Below, in pieces: positions 13,227 through 24,919 of a stretch of DNA of 64,000 nt. The translations under genes were made by a program, and so were the position numbers. Within the stretch, counting starts at the first letter, position 1; each line of letters begins with the position of its first letter. Under the pieces are notes generated by a model. That model saw only the letters and a list, made by a program, of their open reading frames with translations. It was not told where the DNA came from and searched no databases. Source of the stretch: Utricularia gibba (lineage: Eukaryota; Plantae; Magnoliophyta); the NCBI GenBank assembly GCA_002189035.1, contig CM007991.1, positions 1,178,001 through 1,242,000 of the forward strand, given 5' to 3'.

Positions 13227-14700
13227 ACCACCATAAACTCAGTTGACACAAATACAAGGGTTTTGTGTCCTAAATCTTATTCCAGCGGCCAGCCCCTGAA
13301 TCGGCGACCATAAAGGATCCTGTAAGTGGGATACGAGAAAAAAAAAAACCAACTCCCGCCGGAAACCAGTAAACCATTTCACTGACAGTTACCATTTCAT
13401 TCCAATCACACTCTGGGTATAAAAGCCCAATATCTTTTCCATATGGGGTCGTGTGGCCCAGATATGTTGCAAGCAGCCCAATTGTATGCCAGAAAGCCCA
13501 GGACTAACTACTAATTCGTTTTGCCATACAAATTAATTGAATCTGGCTCATTTGATCCATTTTTTTATTATATCAATATAATAATTATTATTTATTAAAA
13601 AATTATATTTTTTTATGTTACATATTTCACACGTTCTTCTAGAAGAATTTGACAATTATTTAAAAAATCATATTTAAGAAGGGAGAATACAGGAAATAAG
13701 TTTTAATCACTTACTCATTTTTCCATTAAATTTATTTTCATATTTTGTTGTTAATTCATTACAAAATGGGATCGATTAGATTTGAAATTATTGTAATCGA
13801 ATTTTTTGAATTATTTGATTCATTTTAGATTTAATTCAATCCATCCCTATCTTGTTACATCTCCAATGTGAGGTCAGCTGCCAAGGAAGCTAATTGCAAG
13901 CAAGCACTTTGAATCTTACAAAACCAACAAACAAACAACCTATTCCTTTACAAAAGAGCCACACATGCCTTGTCGGAAAGATAGCACCCATTTGATTCAC
14001 TCCCGCCTAATCCAATCAATAATATCTAGTTATTGTGATGCCAACAGAGTAATTTCCTTAGTAAAATCTTATAATGATTATAAACACTAAAGAGAATGAA
14101 ATTGAATAGAATGATTATGGAAATATTGTACGATATTCCGAGGGTTTTGATATGAAATCCAAAATTAAGCATGTTTGATATGAATAGTGTGAGTATGATA
14201 ATAATGGACATTTCTTATATGGGTTTTTTTAAAAAAATACCTACTGTCAAATTACTATGTGAAAAAAATACCCATGTGAAAAAAAAAAGACTTAGTGGGT
14301 GAGAGATAAACGTACAATGTTTATTTTTTTAAAACACCCCTTCTTACGTAGAATGTTGTACGGCAAGGTCGGTGGCGTCGATGAATCGGCTGGCTTGTAG
14401 TAACGGAGAGACGATTTGGATCAGCCGGTGAAAAGGTGTTAACATCGGATCCTTCGCCAGGGGGCTATTAAAACTACGTAAATTTATTGCTACAACTGTT
14501 CAGAGCCTCCGTCGTTGGCCACTCTGTCCCCATTCCTGTTTTTTCCTTGTTTTCCTCCTGCTCGATTCCCTCGCTACTTCTACAGTTTCCTTTACACAAC
14601 ACTACAGGCTCTGGAAATTTTCCCTCATTCGTGTGTGTGCAGCGAATGGATCGGAGATGCTGAGTTAGTCGGTCCGTTTTGGCCGATTCGGAGGAGGGGG

Positions 14701-15072
14701 ATGTCTGTTACCGGGATCCTAGAAAATATCTCCTGTGAAAGCGATCGGAATGAAGTCGAGGATCTCCTCCCGGGTTCGATTCAGGGATGCCCTGAAACGG
14801 AAGCCGGTACGGGAGATCGATCGGGGAAGATCACGGAGGACGATGACGGATTCAGGACTCCGACGTCGCAGGAATATAAGATTCCGGTTCCGACAGAGTG
14901 CCCACCAGCGCCCAGGAAACGCCGGTTGACAACGGAGATTCGTGAGAGGATTGAATCCCTGCGACGCAGCCTCCGATTCGAAGAGGAAGCGACTGAGGCG
15001 GAGTCGACATCCCGATCCACCGATGATGATCAGGAGGAACCCGCAAGGAAACGACCTCGAAGGGGAGGGTGA
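14701..15072 (+). CDS. SIAMESE-RELATED (SMR) cyclin-dependent kinase inhibitor, single exon
   Basis: DDGFRTPTSQEYKIP and CPPAPRKRR are the SMR TP and CPPAPRK motifs; 123 aa from ATG 14701. Confidence 0.85.
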   Translation: MSVTGILENISCESDRNEVEDLLPGSIQGCPETEAGTGDRSGKITEDDDGFRTPTSQEYKIPVPTECPPAPRKRRLTTEIRERIESLRRSLRFEEEATEAESTSRSTDDDQEEPARKRPRRGG

Positions 15073-15528
15073 CGTCTCCATATTATCATTCATGCAAACC
15101 ACCATGAGAATCGAGAAGATTTGTTCATCGTCATTCATCCAAATACTCCTGGTTTCCAACTCCTCCGGCCACCTCCAAGTCACAGTCATCCAAAGCTTCC
15201 GGTTTGCCGTTATTTCCACTGTATTAATATTTTAATTATATTCATATAACATTTATTTATGCTCCAATTCGAATTCATTTTTTAATTTCGTCTTTTCCCA
15301 CCTTTTTATTTTATGCAAAATACGAAGTTTTCACTTAACCCGATTACGATCAAGTGGAGCTCCATCTGTTTCGGGTCGAAGGCATCAGCAGATTTACACT
15401 AGTCGCTTTTTCACATGAACCTGTTTCCCAAAATTTCATTGGCATTTGGCATTATTCCCCCTTTCCAAGTACAAAGTGACTTGAATTGCGCAAAGGGGCA
15501 ATGAACTTGTAAGAGTTCTTTAGCATCT

Positions 15529-17612
15529 TCATGCTGTCTGCAGCTTATCAACCTCTTGGTTGCATTCTGCAGCAATTATGCCGGCGTTCAGGCCTAGTCT
15601 CCCGAAAGAGCTCAACGGGGACAAGCTCCGGATCTCGCTGCTGCATTCTCCGTTCCCGGATTGCATTCCGGGCTTTACAATCGCTGCAGAACACACCTCC
15701 AGCTCTGTCTCAGCTTTTGCATTACTCTCACTCTTAGCAATGATCAACTGAGATATGGTGGTTCGACAAAAGGGGCAGGCCGGGGTCTTGGCCGAGTTGT
15801 TACAAGGCTTGTTGTTGCGGCAGAGATGTAGTACGCAATATGCGCACATTTGATGGCCACAGCTTTGAATCTCGATTGTGCAGATCTGCTCGAAGCAGAT
15901 GCAGCATACTTCGGCTTCCCCAGCCTGTTGAACATTTTTTTGTGAGCTAAAATATCAATTGGGATGCTGATTCATATGTTCCAAGTTTCCTTACCTCGGA
16001 TTCCAGATCAAGATCCGGTGAACTTGACTGGGGTTCAAGGGAATACGACAAGTTCATCAAGATCATCGTTTCACGCTTTCTGTTGGCTTCGATTAGAGAT
16101 TTCTCTAGTAAAGCTTTAGTCTCAGGATCAAGCTCGTGAATGAAATTTAAAGTTGATGGCCACGTTAGAGGCTCTGGAGCTAGAGGATTTAACAGAGCAG
16201 CGCAGGCTCTGTGTTTATGTTTGACAGCAACCATGTAAGGAATTCGCCTGAGAAGAAAAGATTCAAATTTCAAACTTGAGAAGGATTCAAAATTTAAGAT
16301 TGAACAAAAGAAAGCACACATTTGACAAAATCCAAGTTCAAATCCAGCTCGAATTATTACCCTTTCATGCTAGCCACCAAAAGATAACAAAGATACAAGA
16401 CATCCTTCTGACATGAACTGTAATGAAAGTATTTTTACCCGGAAGAATCACGTTGAAGGCGATCAGCACCCCATACAAGCAATTCCCGGATGCAGTCTAA
16501 GGAACCACCCCTGGCTGCAAGATGAAGAGGGGTACTTCCTGGATTGCTGCAGCAGGGTACAGGTTATAGCAACTACATATGACCGAGAAATGTGGATCCA
16601 AAACCATCATGATTTTACCTGTATCCACCAGTAGAAGCACATACAAGAGCGCCATTGCTAAGTAGACTGTGGACGCAATCCAGTCTTCTATGATGAGCTG
16701 CCAAATGCAACGGAGTGGCACCACTGCCATCTCTTATATTCACAAATCTTGCAAATCCCCTGCTTCCCCACGTACCAAATGTGACAAAAAAATTGATATT
16801 TTTCACGAAGAACAAAAAATCTGGATGGTTACCATGATTGAGCAACAGGGGCAGATCGAGCCGCGGAAAGAAATAGTTGAAGGCAATCTGCGTGACCATA
16901 GTATGCAGCATAGTGCAAACATGTTCTTCCATGTAACGAATCGAACAAAAGAATCTGAAAAAAGATCATCAATGAATCAAACGGTGGATGCCAAATACAT
17001 ATATATCGAACCATGTAGAAACACGAATGATCCATACATTAGCTCCAGCTTGAAGCAGCTTTTCAGCGCAAGCAATCCTTCCATGGATAGCAGCAAACAT
17101 CAATGGAGTCTTTTGACAATCAAGAAAAAAAAGCCAACTTGGTCACACTTTAATAAAGCCGAAAAGACAAAAAAGCCGAGCAAAAGAAACCGCACTCCAC
17201 TTGATGATCAAAATGACGAAAGGGCATAAAAACAAAAGGGAGTCCCTGCAAACCTGCTTATGACGATTCAATATATCTGGGTTTTCATACCGCTCCAATA
17301 TCATAGAGAGAAGCTATGAACACGAAAACCCACCATCAATAATTGAAAAACAAAAGAGCCAATTTTTTAACCTACAAAGCGAAAAAAAAAGGCAATGCAA
17401 GAGAATATTCAGCAAGATCGGACAAAACCCACCTCGATCTGACCATTTGCTGCGGCAACATGAAGCGGGGAGAGCCTCCGGTGCAGAGTAATCATTTTGA
17501 ACAAATTCGGGTCCCGATCTGCTATTGCCTGAACTGCTTCAAGCTCACCGTTTTGTACTGCATCGAAGAGTTTATTCTGCTGGTGAGCTCTCCTGCTGAG
17601 CTCCTGCCCCAT
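15529..17612 (-). CDS. XBAT31: Ankyrin-repeat RING E3 ligase, XB3/XBAT31-like
   Basis: MGQ N-terminus, SPLHVAAANGQIE, TPLMFAAIHG, TCLHYAAYYGH, TPLHLAARGG ankyrin repeats; C-terminal CCICFEQICTIEIQSCGHQMCAYC...CPFCR RING; exons join in frame. Confidence 0.92.
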
Positions 17613-20384
17613 CTCTGCGAATTACTGCCTTTTCGGCGCCTCCCACCACGCGGAGGTGCAGTGGTGGGGAAGCAGAATTTAAGTGATTCGCGGAGGAAAA
17701 TAGCGAAAAAAACAAAAACAATACTCAACAAGCACAGAGCCTTGGGTTTCGGGCTGCCCGTGTGGAATTTGGGCAGTTGTTTTTTTCCTTTTGGGGTTTT
17801 GCTGCACTTTAAATCCCAATTATGGAACATGATTTCTAATATCATCCCCTTGCATGTTACAAATGCTGAAGATATGGTATGTGGGATTTTACCAATTCTT
17901 ACAAAAACCCAACACATGTTTCATATTATTACATGATAAACACATAGTAGATTTCGAACCCGATCGTAACATCGTCTCGTCTAGAAATCAATAATCTAAA
18001 TCGCAAAAAAATTCCGTAACTTGGACCTCAATTTGGTTATATTGTTGTTTCATGTGATTGTCTTTTACTTATAAGTCAAAGTCCAAGCTCGTGCAAATGT
18101 CTCTTGAGCACATGCATTGCTTATTTGTATATGGGCCAAGGTCCATCGTACGGGCGTCGGCCCAACATTCTGGATTCATGTGGGCCGATGGCCCAACTTT
18201 ATTTTCCAATATATTTCTTTCATTTTTTTATTTTGAATATCCTATAATCAGATATGTGTCCAAAACTGGAGTACTCTCACTGGCATGCCGTACCGAAATC
18301 TTCTCCTCCAATGCACTTTGCAGAGAACGAACGTTAAAGAAGGGAGAATAAAAAAGCCGAACGACGACGTATAATTGAATCCAACACACACAGTAAACGC
18401 ATACGTGTTGTGGAGGGGATTTTCTTTTTTCTGGACAGTTAAGTTATAGTGAGAGAGCATCTTCAGCTGACGATGCAGACTGAGACAAGACCTGGTTCAG
18501 TCTGACAATTCAAATCCGTACCATAGTTGTTATATTTTAATAACTACCTTATATTATAGTTCGTTATGCAATGGAAATAAAACCTTATCTTATAGTTATA
18601 TTGAATAAATACACCATTAATCTTTCAAAAATTTTAGAAGGCAAAAAATTCTAGATGATTTAAAAATTTAGACATACCATAGATATTTCAATATTAATAA
18701 TTTACATTAATATACGAGATTTTGGAGTTGGAAATTTGTATCTTGCTTATAAAGGGATTTAGAAAATTGACAATATGAGAACTTTGATCAACGTGAATAA
18801 CGAATTTTTGATTTAGTTTAGAAAGAAAATAAGAATGATTTTTTTTTTTGAAATGATACTTAGAAACTCATTTTTTTTGCATGCAGACAAGATATGATTA
18901 AGAGCATAACATTGGACCTAGGGAGAGTATGGATCAAGACTAGTCTTTCCAGTGTTCCACCCCTTCTTCCTCAAATACCTCAACTAGGTCTATTGTGTAA
19001 TGATTTCATAGGTTTGCTTTTGTGGGTGCAAGTTAGACTACTTTATAGTGTATGGAATGAAAATGAAGGTAATTGTGTGTGATTTATTCTCAGATTTGAG
19101 TATAGAATATGGTGAGGAGAGATCTTTGGTGTTCAAAAACGATTTTAGAACATTGGACCAAAAAGTCAAACATAGTTCAAAATATCAAACTTATCATCTT
19201 ATTACATGATATTATTTTTTTAATGCATCTAATTCTTACGATTTTACATTTTTTTCTTTCATAGAAAAAATATGATATATGATTCTAAGTATCATTATAT
19301 TTAAGTACATCATCTCTAGTAACCACCAATGAAGATGTAGTCATTAGGCCCGGGGCTCCGACGGGAGTGTTGTGATGGGGCCGGAGAAGATGATGCATGC
19401 ATGTGGGCGATCGCCATTCCCTACTAAGATGCACGTTCTTGTGTTTGTGTAAGTCGACAGGTTGAGGGAATGGTGCTTTATTCGAGAGCGGGTGGCTGCT
19501 TTATTGGGTTGCTGGGGCGAGGCAAGCAGCCTCGACTCTCACAAAAGCAGAAAGATGGAATGGATCATGGAGGATTCCACTCCAGTCCTCCCTCGCTCCC
19601 TACTTGTTTGTGGACCATAACTCCCAACCAATGCTATGTCCATATCGTATCGATACGATTACGATCAGGATCCTTTTTTTTTTTTTTCTGGGGTAAGTTT
19701 CTACTCCACCCTCTGATCATTGAGAATTTGAATCTGTGATCTTGTGAAGGGTCACTTTACCTTTCTACTGTCTAAACCCCAAACAAAGCAACCAAAAATA
19801 ACTTGAACCAGACATGCTCCTCCCGGAGTCCCACTCATCCTCTTCCTTTTCTCTGTTTTTCGAAAGAAAACCCTATTTTAATCAGATTGTAGACTGGGGG
19901 GCTTATATCTAGGTAGATTTCCTGCCAAAATCTTCAAAGACAGCCCTTTGGATCTCTGATAAACGCCCTTTTCCCATTCTGGGGGGAAACATCATCTCTT
20001 GTTTTACCTCTGCTAGTGATTGGATTCTTTGGCTGGATTAGTTATCGCTATCAAGGGTTGGTCAAAATGGGGGAATGTGGATCGCGTGCACTCACCATAG
20101 CCACAGAGAACAATGAAAACGAATCTCTTTTGATATGGTTCTCTAGATGCTGTCAATCTTGAACATGATAAGAATATAAAAAGAAACGTTCCCTTTCTTG
20201 AATTGCTGCAATTTTTTGAACATAAAAAGGGGGAAGAACACAAACTTAAATTCATGAATATACCAACCCATTCCAACAAACATTAGTTCTTAAACAGAAT
20301 ACACTCAAGGTAAAGTGATAAACAGACAAATCTAGGGTTTTCTAGGTCCCATTTTGAAACAAGGGTTTGTCTCAAGCTTCAACT

Positions 20385-21622
20385 CTACAAGGGTTTGTTT
20401 GTTGACGAGGAGCTGAAGCCAGAGAGCTCATTCCATGTTGGATTTGCATTCCACGGATCCGTTCTTTGAATCCCACTAATTATTTGTCGAGAAAGATTCA
20501 TTTGAGGCTCTAGTTTCACCGATGGATTTTGATGGCTTAGGGCTGAGAATTTAGGCCTAACCTGATCACAGGACGTCTCCGATCGCATAACTGAATGTTC
20601 CCCGCCATGGAATCGGAAGATTCCGGTTGGAGGCACTTCTTGGTCTCCGAGGAATGAGAGGGGCTGCTGCAAGCTCCAAGGGTCAATGTTTCCATTACCA
20701 TTTGAGAAGAGTGAAGCCATTTCCCCTGTGGATCCAAGTACATTGCTCATTCCGTGGAAGTGCATTTCGTTCGAAACTCCGACGACCGGAGCTGTTATAC
20801 CACTGTAATCGAACCCCATGTCTCCGGTGAAGGTATCCGTAAGTTGACTCAAAGGGGACGTGAAACGAAGCTGGGGGAGCTGTGAGCTTAGGCCAATTAT
20901 GCCGGCTGAGCCACCATTTGTAGTAGAAGCTATGTTTGTTGAGCTGGTGTTTGTTTGCCTGTCCGTGCTCGCTGGCGACATCGAGCTTCTGGATTTACTT
21001 CTTTTATTCCTCCGGCAGCCCCCTCCAACCGGAACGTTCCTCAAAGCACCGCCTTTAGTCCAATACCTTCTACACGTCTTGCAGAAGTGGCGCGGCTGCG
21101 AAAGGCTGTAGTTGTTGAAATAACAAAACTTGGTGTTGGTCGATTCGCAGCGAGGGCACTTCAAAGCGGCCTCCGGCATCGGAATGTTCGCCATACGCGC
21201 CCTCTCCGCCATAGATCCCGGCCTAATAGATCCCCCTCCATGCGGCAGAGGTGGCTGAGGCGGCGGTGGCGGTTGAGCTGGTGGTGGTATAAAATGATTT
21301 TTAGCAGCATGCCCTCCAATTATCTGATGATTCTGCTGCTGCAAAATTAATATTCAGAAAGCAAAAAAAAAAAAAAAATCCGCACAGAGGATATTCAAGG
21401 AGGAACCAAACGGAAGCACATGAAAAAAACTAAAGATGGAGGAGTAATATTCCATAATTCTCTTCCAAAATCACTCTTTCCTTTTCTCTCTTTGAAGCTT
21501 GAGCTCTTCATAGAACTAAGCTGTAATCAGAGAAGATTGAAAAGAAAAATAAACCCTAAAGAACTGAATACCTGGTGCCAATTAGATGCATCAAAATAAC
21601 CAGGAATTGAAGAAAAAGCCAT
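20385..21622 (-). CDS. Dof zinc-finger transcription factor (Dof2.4/Dof5.1/OBP3-type clade); exons 21622-21572 and ~21338-20385
   Basis: Exon 1 [17 protein letters not shown] is typical of this clade; PGSMAERAR; Dof domain [49 protein letters not shown]. Confidence 0.95.
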
Positions 21623-22879
21623 AGCTATTGATCTTTGTTCTTCTCTTTTGTAAAAGTTGGAGAAGATGCTAAGTGGGGAATCACATCAGCTGAGCCACAA
21701 ACACGAAGAGAGAGATGGAGTAAAAAGAAACAAGGAATAAGGAGGAATGAGGATAAAGCAAGAGGCTTTACACATATATATACACACACACAACAAGCAC
21801 AGTCACATGACTAAAATATACCGAGGTACATGTAATAAGCTAATCTGGTTTCTGGGTCTATCTCCTGCTCAGTTTTGTTCTATTGTTTTTTAGGGTTTCG
21901 AGGGCGTCCCTAGTTTAGAAATTGCTTCAAATTTAAAGACATGTGCAAGCTCGCTTAGTGATGACTTGGAAGAAATGTATAACAATGAACCATTCAGATA
22001 ATCAGAAAATTGAACTCCAACATATCAAACTGATGCAAGTAACACATTTGTGCATGTATTTGGAACATCGAGAAGCAATCATTCTGGGGATTGAGACGAT
22101 GGTGAGACAATGGAGGCTCCTGGTGGTGGTGCGTCGGAAACAGTGGGAATTTGTTTTGGAGGGACTCGGTCCGCTTTCTTTTAGATGCTCAGTGAGTGAT
22201 GGGGCGTCCTCGAGATTGGGAAAAGATGGTGGTCTCGTCAACATGAAGTACTGCAAAATGCACAGACCCTTGTCTCTTCGAAGAAACCCACCCCATCATC
22301 AAACACTCACTTCCAAGTGACGCAACAATATATATTTTATGGCATCTGCAGACTGCAGCAGCAACACCTTTGACCTAATTCTTCTTACTACCAGAAACCC
22401 ACTATTTGGACCAAGTTTTCCTTTTGTGTGAAACAATCGAAAACTGTTGCAGCAACCAGTGCCTTCTCTTGCAACGTTATCTCCTAAATTGCAACAAAAA
22501 AAAAAAAAAAAAAAAAAACTGCTCGAAACGCTCTACGATCCTGCTGTTATGTTCTAAAACGGTAAGCTGGACTGGACCCTCACTTCACTACATATCTGGG
22601 CTAAAGGATGAGAGGGCCCAATAGAAGTGACCCATTCACTGTTGCCTTTTGTTCTTCAATCATTTTATTTATTTATTTTTTGAAGATAAAAATATTAAAA
22701 ATCCAGTTTTGAGTATAAAATTTAAATGAATTTTTCAAAATAAATCCAATACAATTCCTCTGAAATTAATAATCTATGATCCTCTTCGGATGAGTTAAAA
22801 ACCCTAAATTAAAACTTAAAAATGTGTGTAAATATGGAAAAAAGATGTCATGATGCATATGATACTACTTATAATGACG

Positions 22880-24562
22880 CAATTTAGTGCCGAAAAAATA
22901 AAGTGTGATTACTCATCTGAGTTTGATCCCTTGGCTCTGGATGCTTGGAAATTATTGAAGGAATCATGTTTCCCATCATCCATGAGAGACCCCGTGCTCC
23001 TTGCAGGTTCTTGTTTCTTGTTGTTGTTGGCATCCCAATCGGCAGAGCCGTTGAATGATGGGGTGGAGTTCTCATATGCTCTGCTTTCTTTTTGCAGAGT
23101 CCCACATCGGCCTCTGTTTCGTTCCGGCTTCAGGGGGGATCATTCTTGCAGCCAGAGCTGGCTTCTTTTGTGCATTCTTCAAGCTTCGGGGAAGCCATAG
23201 CCATTACACCTCTCATTAGCCACCACTACGTTCACGGTTTCGTTGAGCTTAGAATTATAGCCCCCATCCATTACCTGAACACGAGAAATCGAAATATGTA
23301 ATGTAACAACCGGTGACAGTAATTATTCCCAGGAGATGAACCAGATTTCGAATGAAAGGAGTAAATGATCACAACAACACTGCACTAGTACATCTATGCA
23401 GGAAAAACAGTACATGTATGGTATTATTGAGCAGCATTAGTTCCTGTAAATAACAAGCATAGTCGAGGTACTACACACCTTTCAAAACACCAAACTCGAT
23501 TTCAACCTCTGACAAGTAAATGTTAAGACTGGCAGGAGAATAGGACTGACAAAAGAGAACACGTGACAATTTTACATTGAAACACACACAAGCTATCAAC
23601 TGAAAGGGCACAGGGGATAGGTGCAACCTTTGCTGTTAACTCTTTCGTCCGAGCTACAACAACATTTGCTGTTGACTGTGTGGCAGGTGCAGCAACAATT
23701 GATAATTTTCCAAATCTCTGAACATGGAATCAGCCAGAATGACAAACCGATGCGAACAACACGATTTCCCATAGATTTTGCGAACAAATTACCTGCGAAA
23801 AGACAGAGTAAATATCCCCTTCTGAGTTGTTCCTTGGAGCAGGTGATGGAGTAGAACCGAAACCGATGTACTTCCCACCCTGAGAGGGAGGAAGCCCCTT
23901 AGGTCTGGATTCGTTTTTAGCCATCTTTCTTGCAAAAAAACTTTCTTTATTCGCAGCTGACGCCTCCCATAGGGCCCGGGAATGAATATCTTGGGTAGAT
24001 TTTGACCGCGAAGGCAAAGGGCCAGCATGGTTTGAGCTCTGAAAATCGCCGATCGTATTTTTCCTTCGAACATTACTCGAATGATTTCCAGAAAACCCAC
24101 CATCAGCAGCTCTATCTCAACTAACCCATTTTGAATTGCTGATGGAGGCCTATCACCGCAACTATTCGATTTTACCGTTTCCTTCACTACCGGAGGATCA
24201 CGCCAAGGTTTGTCCTCCGCAAGCGCCAGGATACGATCGCGATTAACAGAAGCAGCGTTGGTATTATATTTCGAGACGGTCTCCGTTTCATTGGGGATCC
24301 CAGACTGAGCCATAAAACTATTGAACTTCTCATTCCATCTCAATTCCATTTTCCGCAACTGGATCTCCAACCAAGAATTCATGGTTAAAGAATGGACCAA
24401 AGAGATATGAACACCGAGTCCGCGATGCTTACCGGAGTACTCAAGGCACATGAAAACACCATACGAAATGGATCCTCATTGTGGGTGCCTTTGAGAACAA
24501 TCAACGCAGATCTTGATTCCCGGCTATGATTGCATCTCCCCGAGTCGGGGCGAAGCCGTCAT
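22880..24562 (-). pseudogene. ARF-GAP (AGD6/AGD7-like) pseudogene
   Basis: ATG 24562: MTASPRLGEMQS*PGIKICVDCSQRHPQ*GSISYGVFMCLEYSGKHRGLGVHIS. Stops at 24524-26 and 24476-78, fourth Zn-finger Cys changed to Tyr, frameshift plus TGA near 24115-24130, frameshifting deletion near 23220. Downstream EASAANKESFF, LPPSQGGKYIGFGS and FGKLSIVAA are still recognisable. The 3' end is approximate. Confidence 0.9.
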
Positions 24563-24753
24563 ACGGGGGCGCCAAATGAGGATCTGTTCTCTTTGGATTT
24601 GATCCGAAACGGTTGGCACCCAGAATGGTGGTCGGAAAGTTTCTCAGATCAGATACACGAAATGGTGTAGTAAATCGAAGATCGAGGGTGATCGAGAAAG
24701 AGAATCGGAACCGTGATCGTGTATCAGGGGGCCTTGAACTTTGGTCCAATTTA

Positions 24754-24886
24754 TGGGCCCACTGTCCATCAGCTGTTGGGTAAAAAGCTTTTGGGCCATC
24801 GTGTTATGGGCTTCGCCGGCTGTTTCGGGAAGTATATAAACTGACAAACTGATTCTTCCACAGTACTGTCTGCTGGAGAAACCCTA
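24754..24886 (+). promoter_or_regulatory. Ribosomal-protein-type promoter of RPL4 copy 1
   Basis: Site II TGGGCY at 24754, 24792 and 24807; TATATAAA at 24833; telo-box AAACCCTA at 24879-24886. Confidence 0.75.
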
Positions 24887-24919
24887 GCACCGGATTTCCT
24901 TATCCGGCATATTCTCGCA

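Noticed and set aside
14515-14700. N-terminal extension of the SMR ORF
   Set aside because: Depends on a non-ATG start in CT-rich leader sequence; SMR proteins are short and ATG 14701 fits.
18880-19130. Possible retroelement fragment
   Set aside because: No recognisable RT, integrase, gag or LTR motif in any frame.
22496-22518. A23 tract (also A-runs near 39203 and 21363)
   Set aside because: Simple homopolymers with no adjoining SINE/LINE body or target-site duplication.
23099-23109. Perfect plant snRNA upstream sequence element GTCCCACATCG
   Set aside because: No TATA at the expected spacing and no snRNA-like sequence downstream; it lies antisense within the ArfGAP pseudogene exon.
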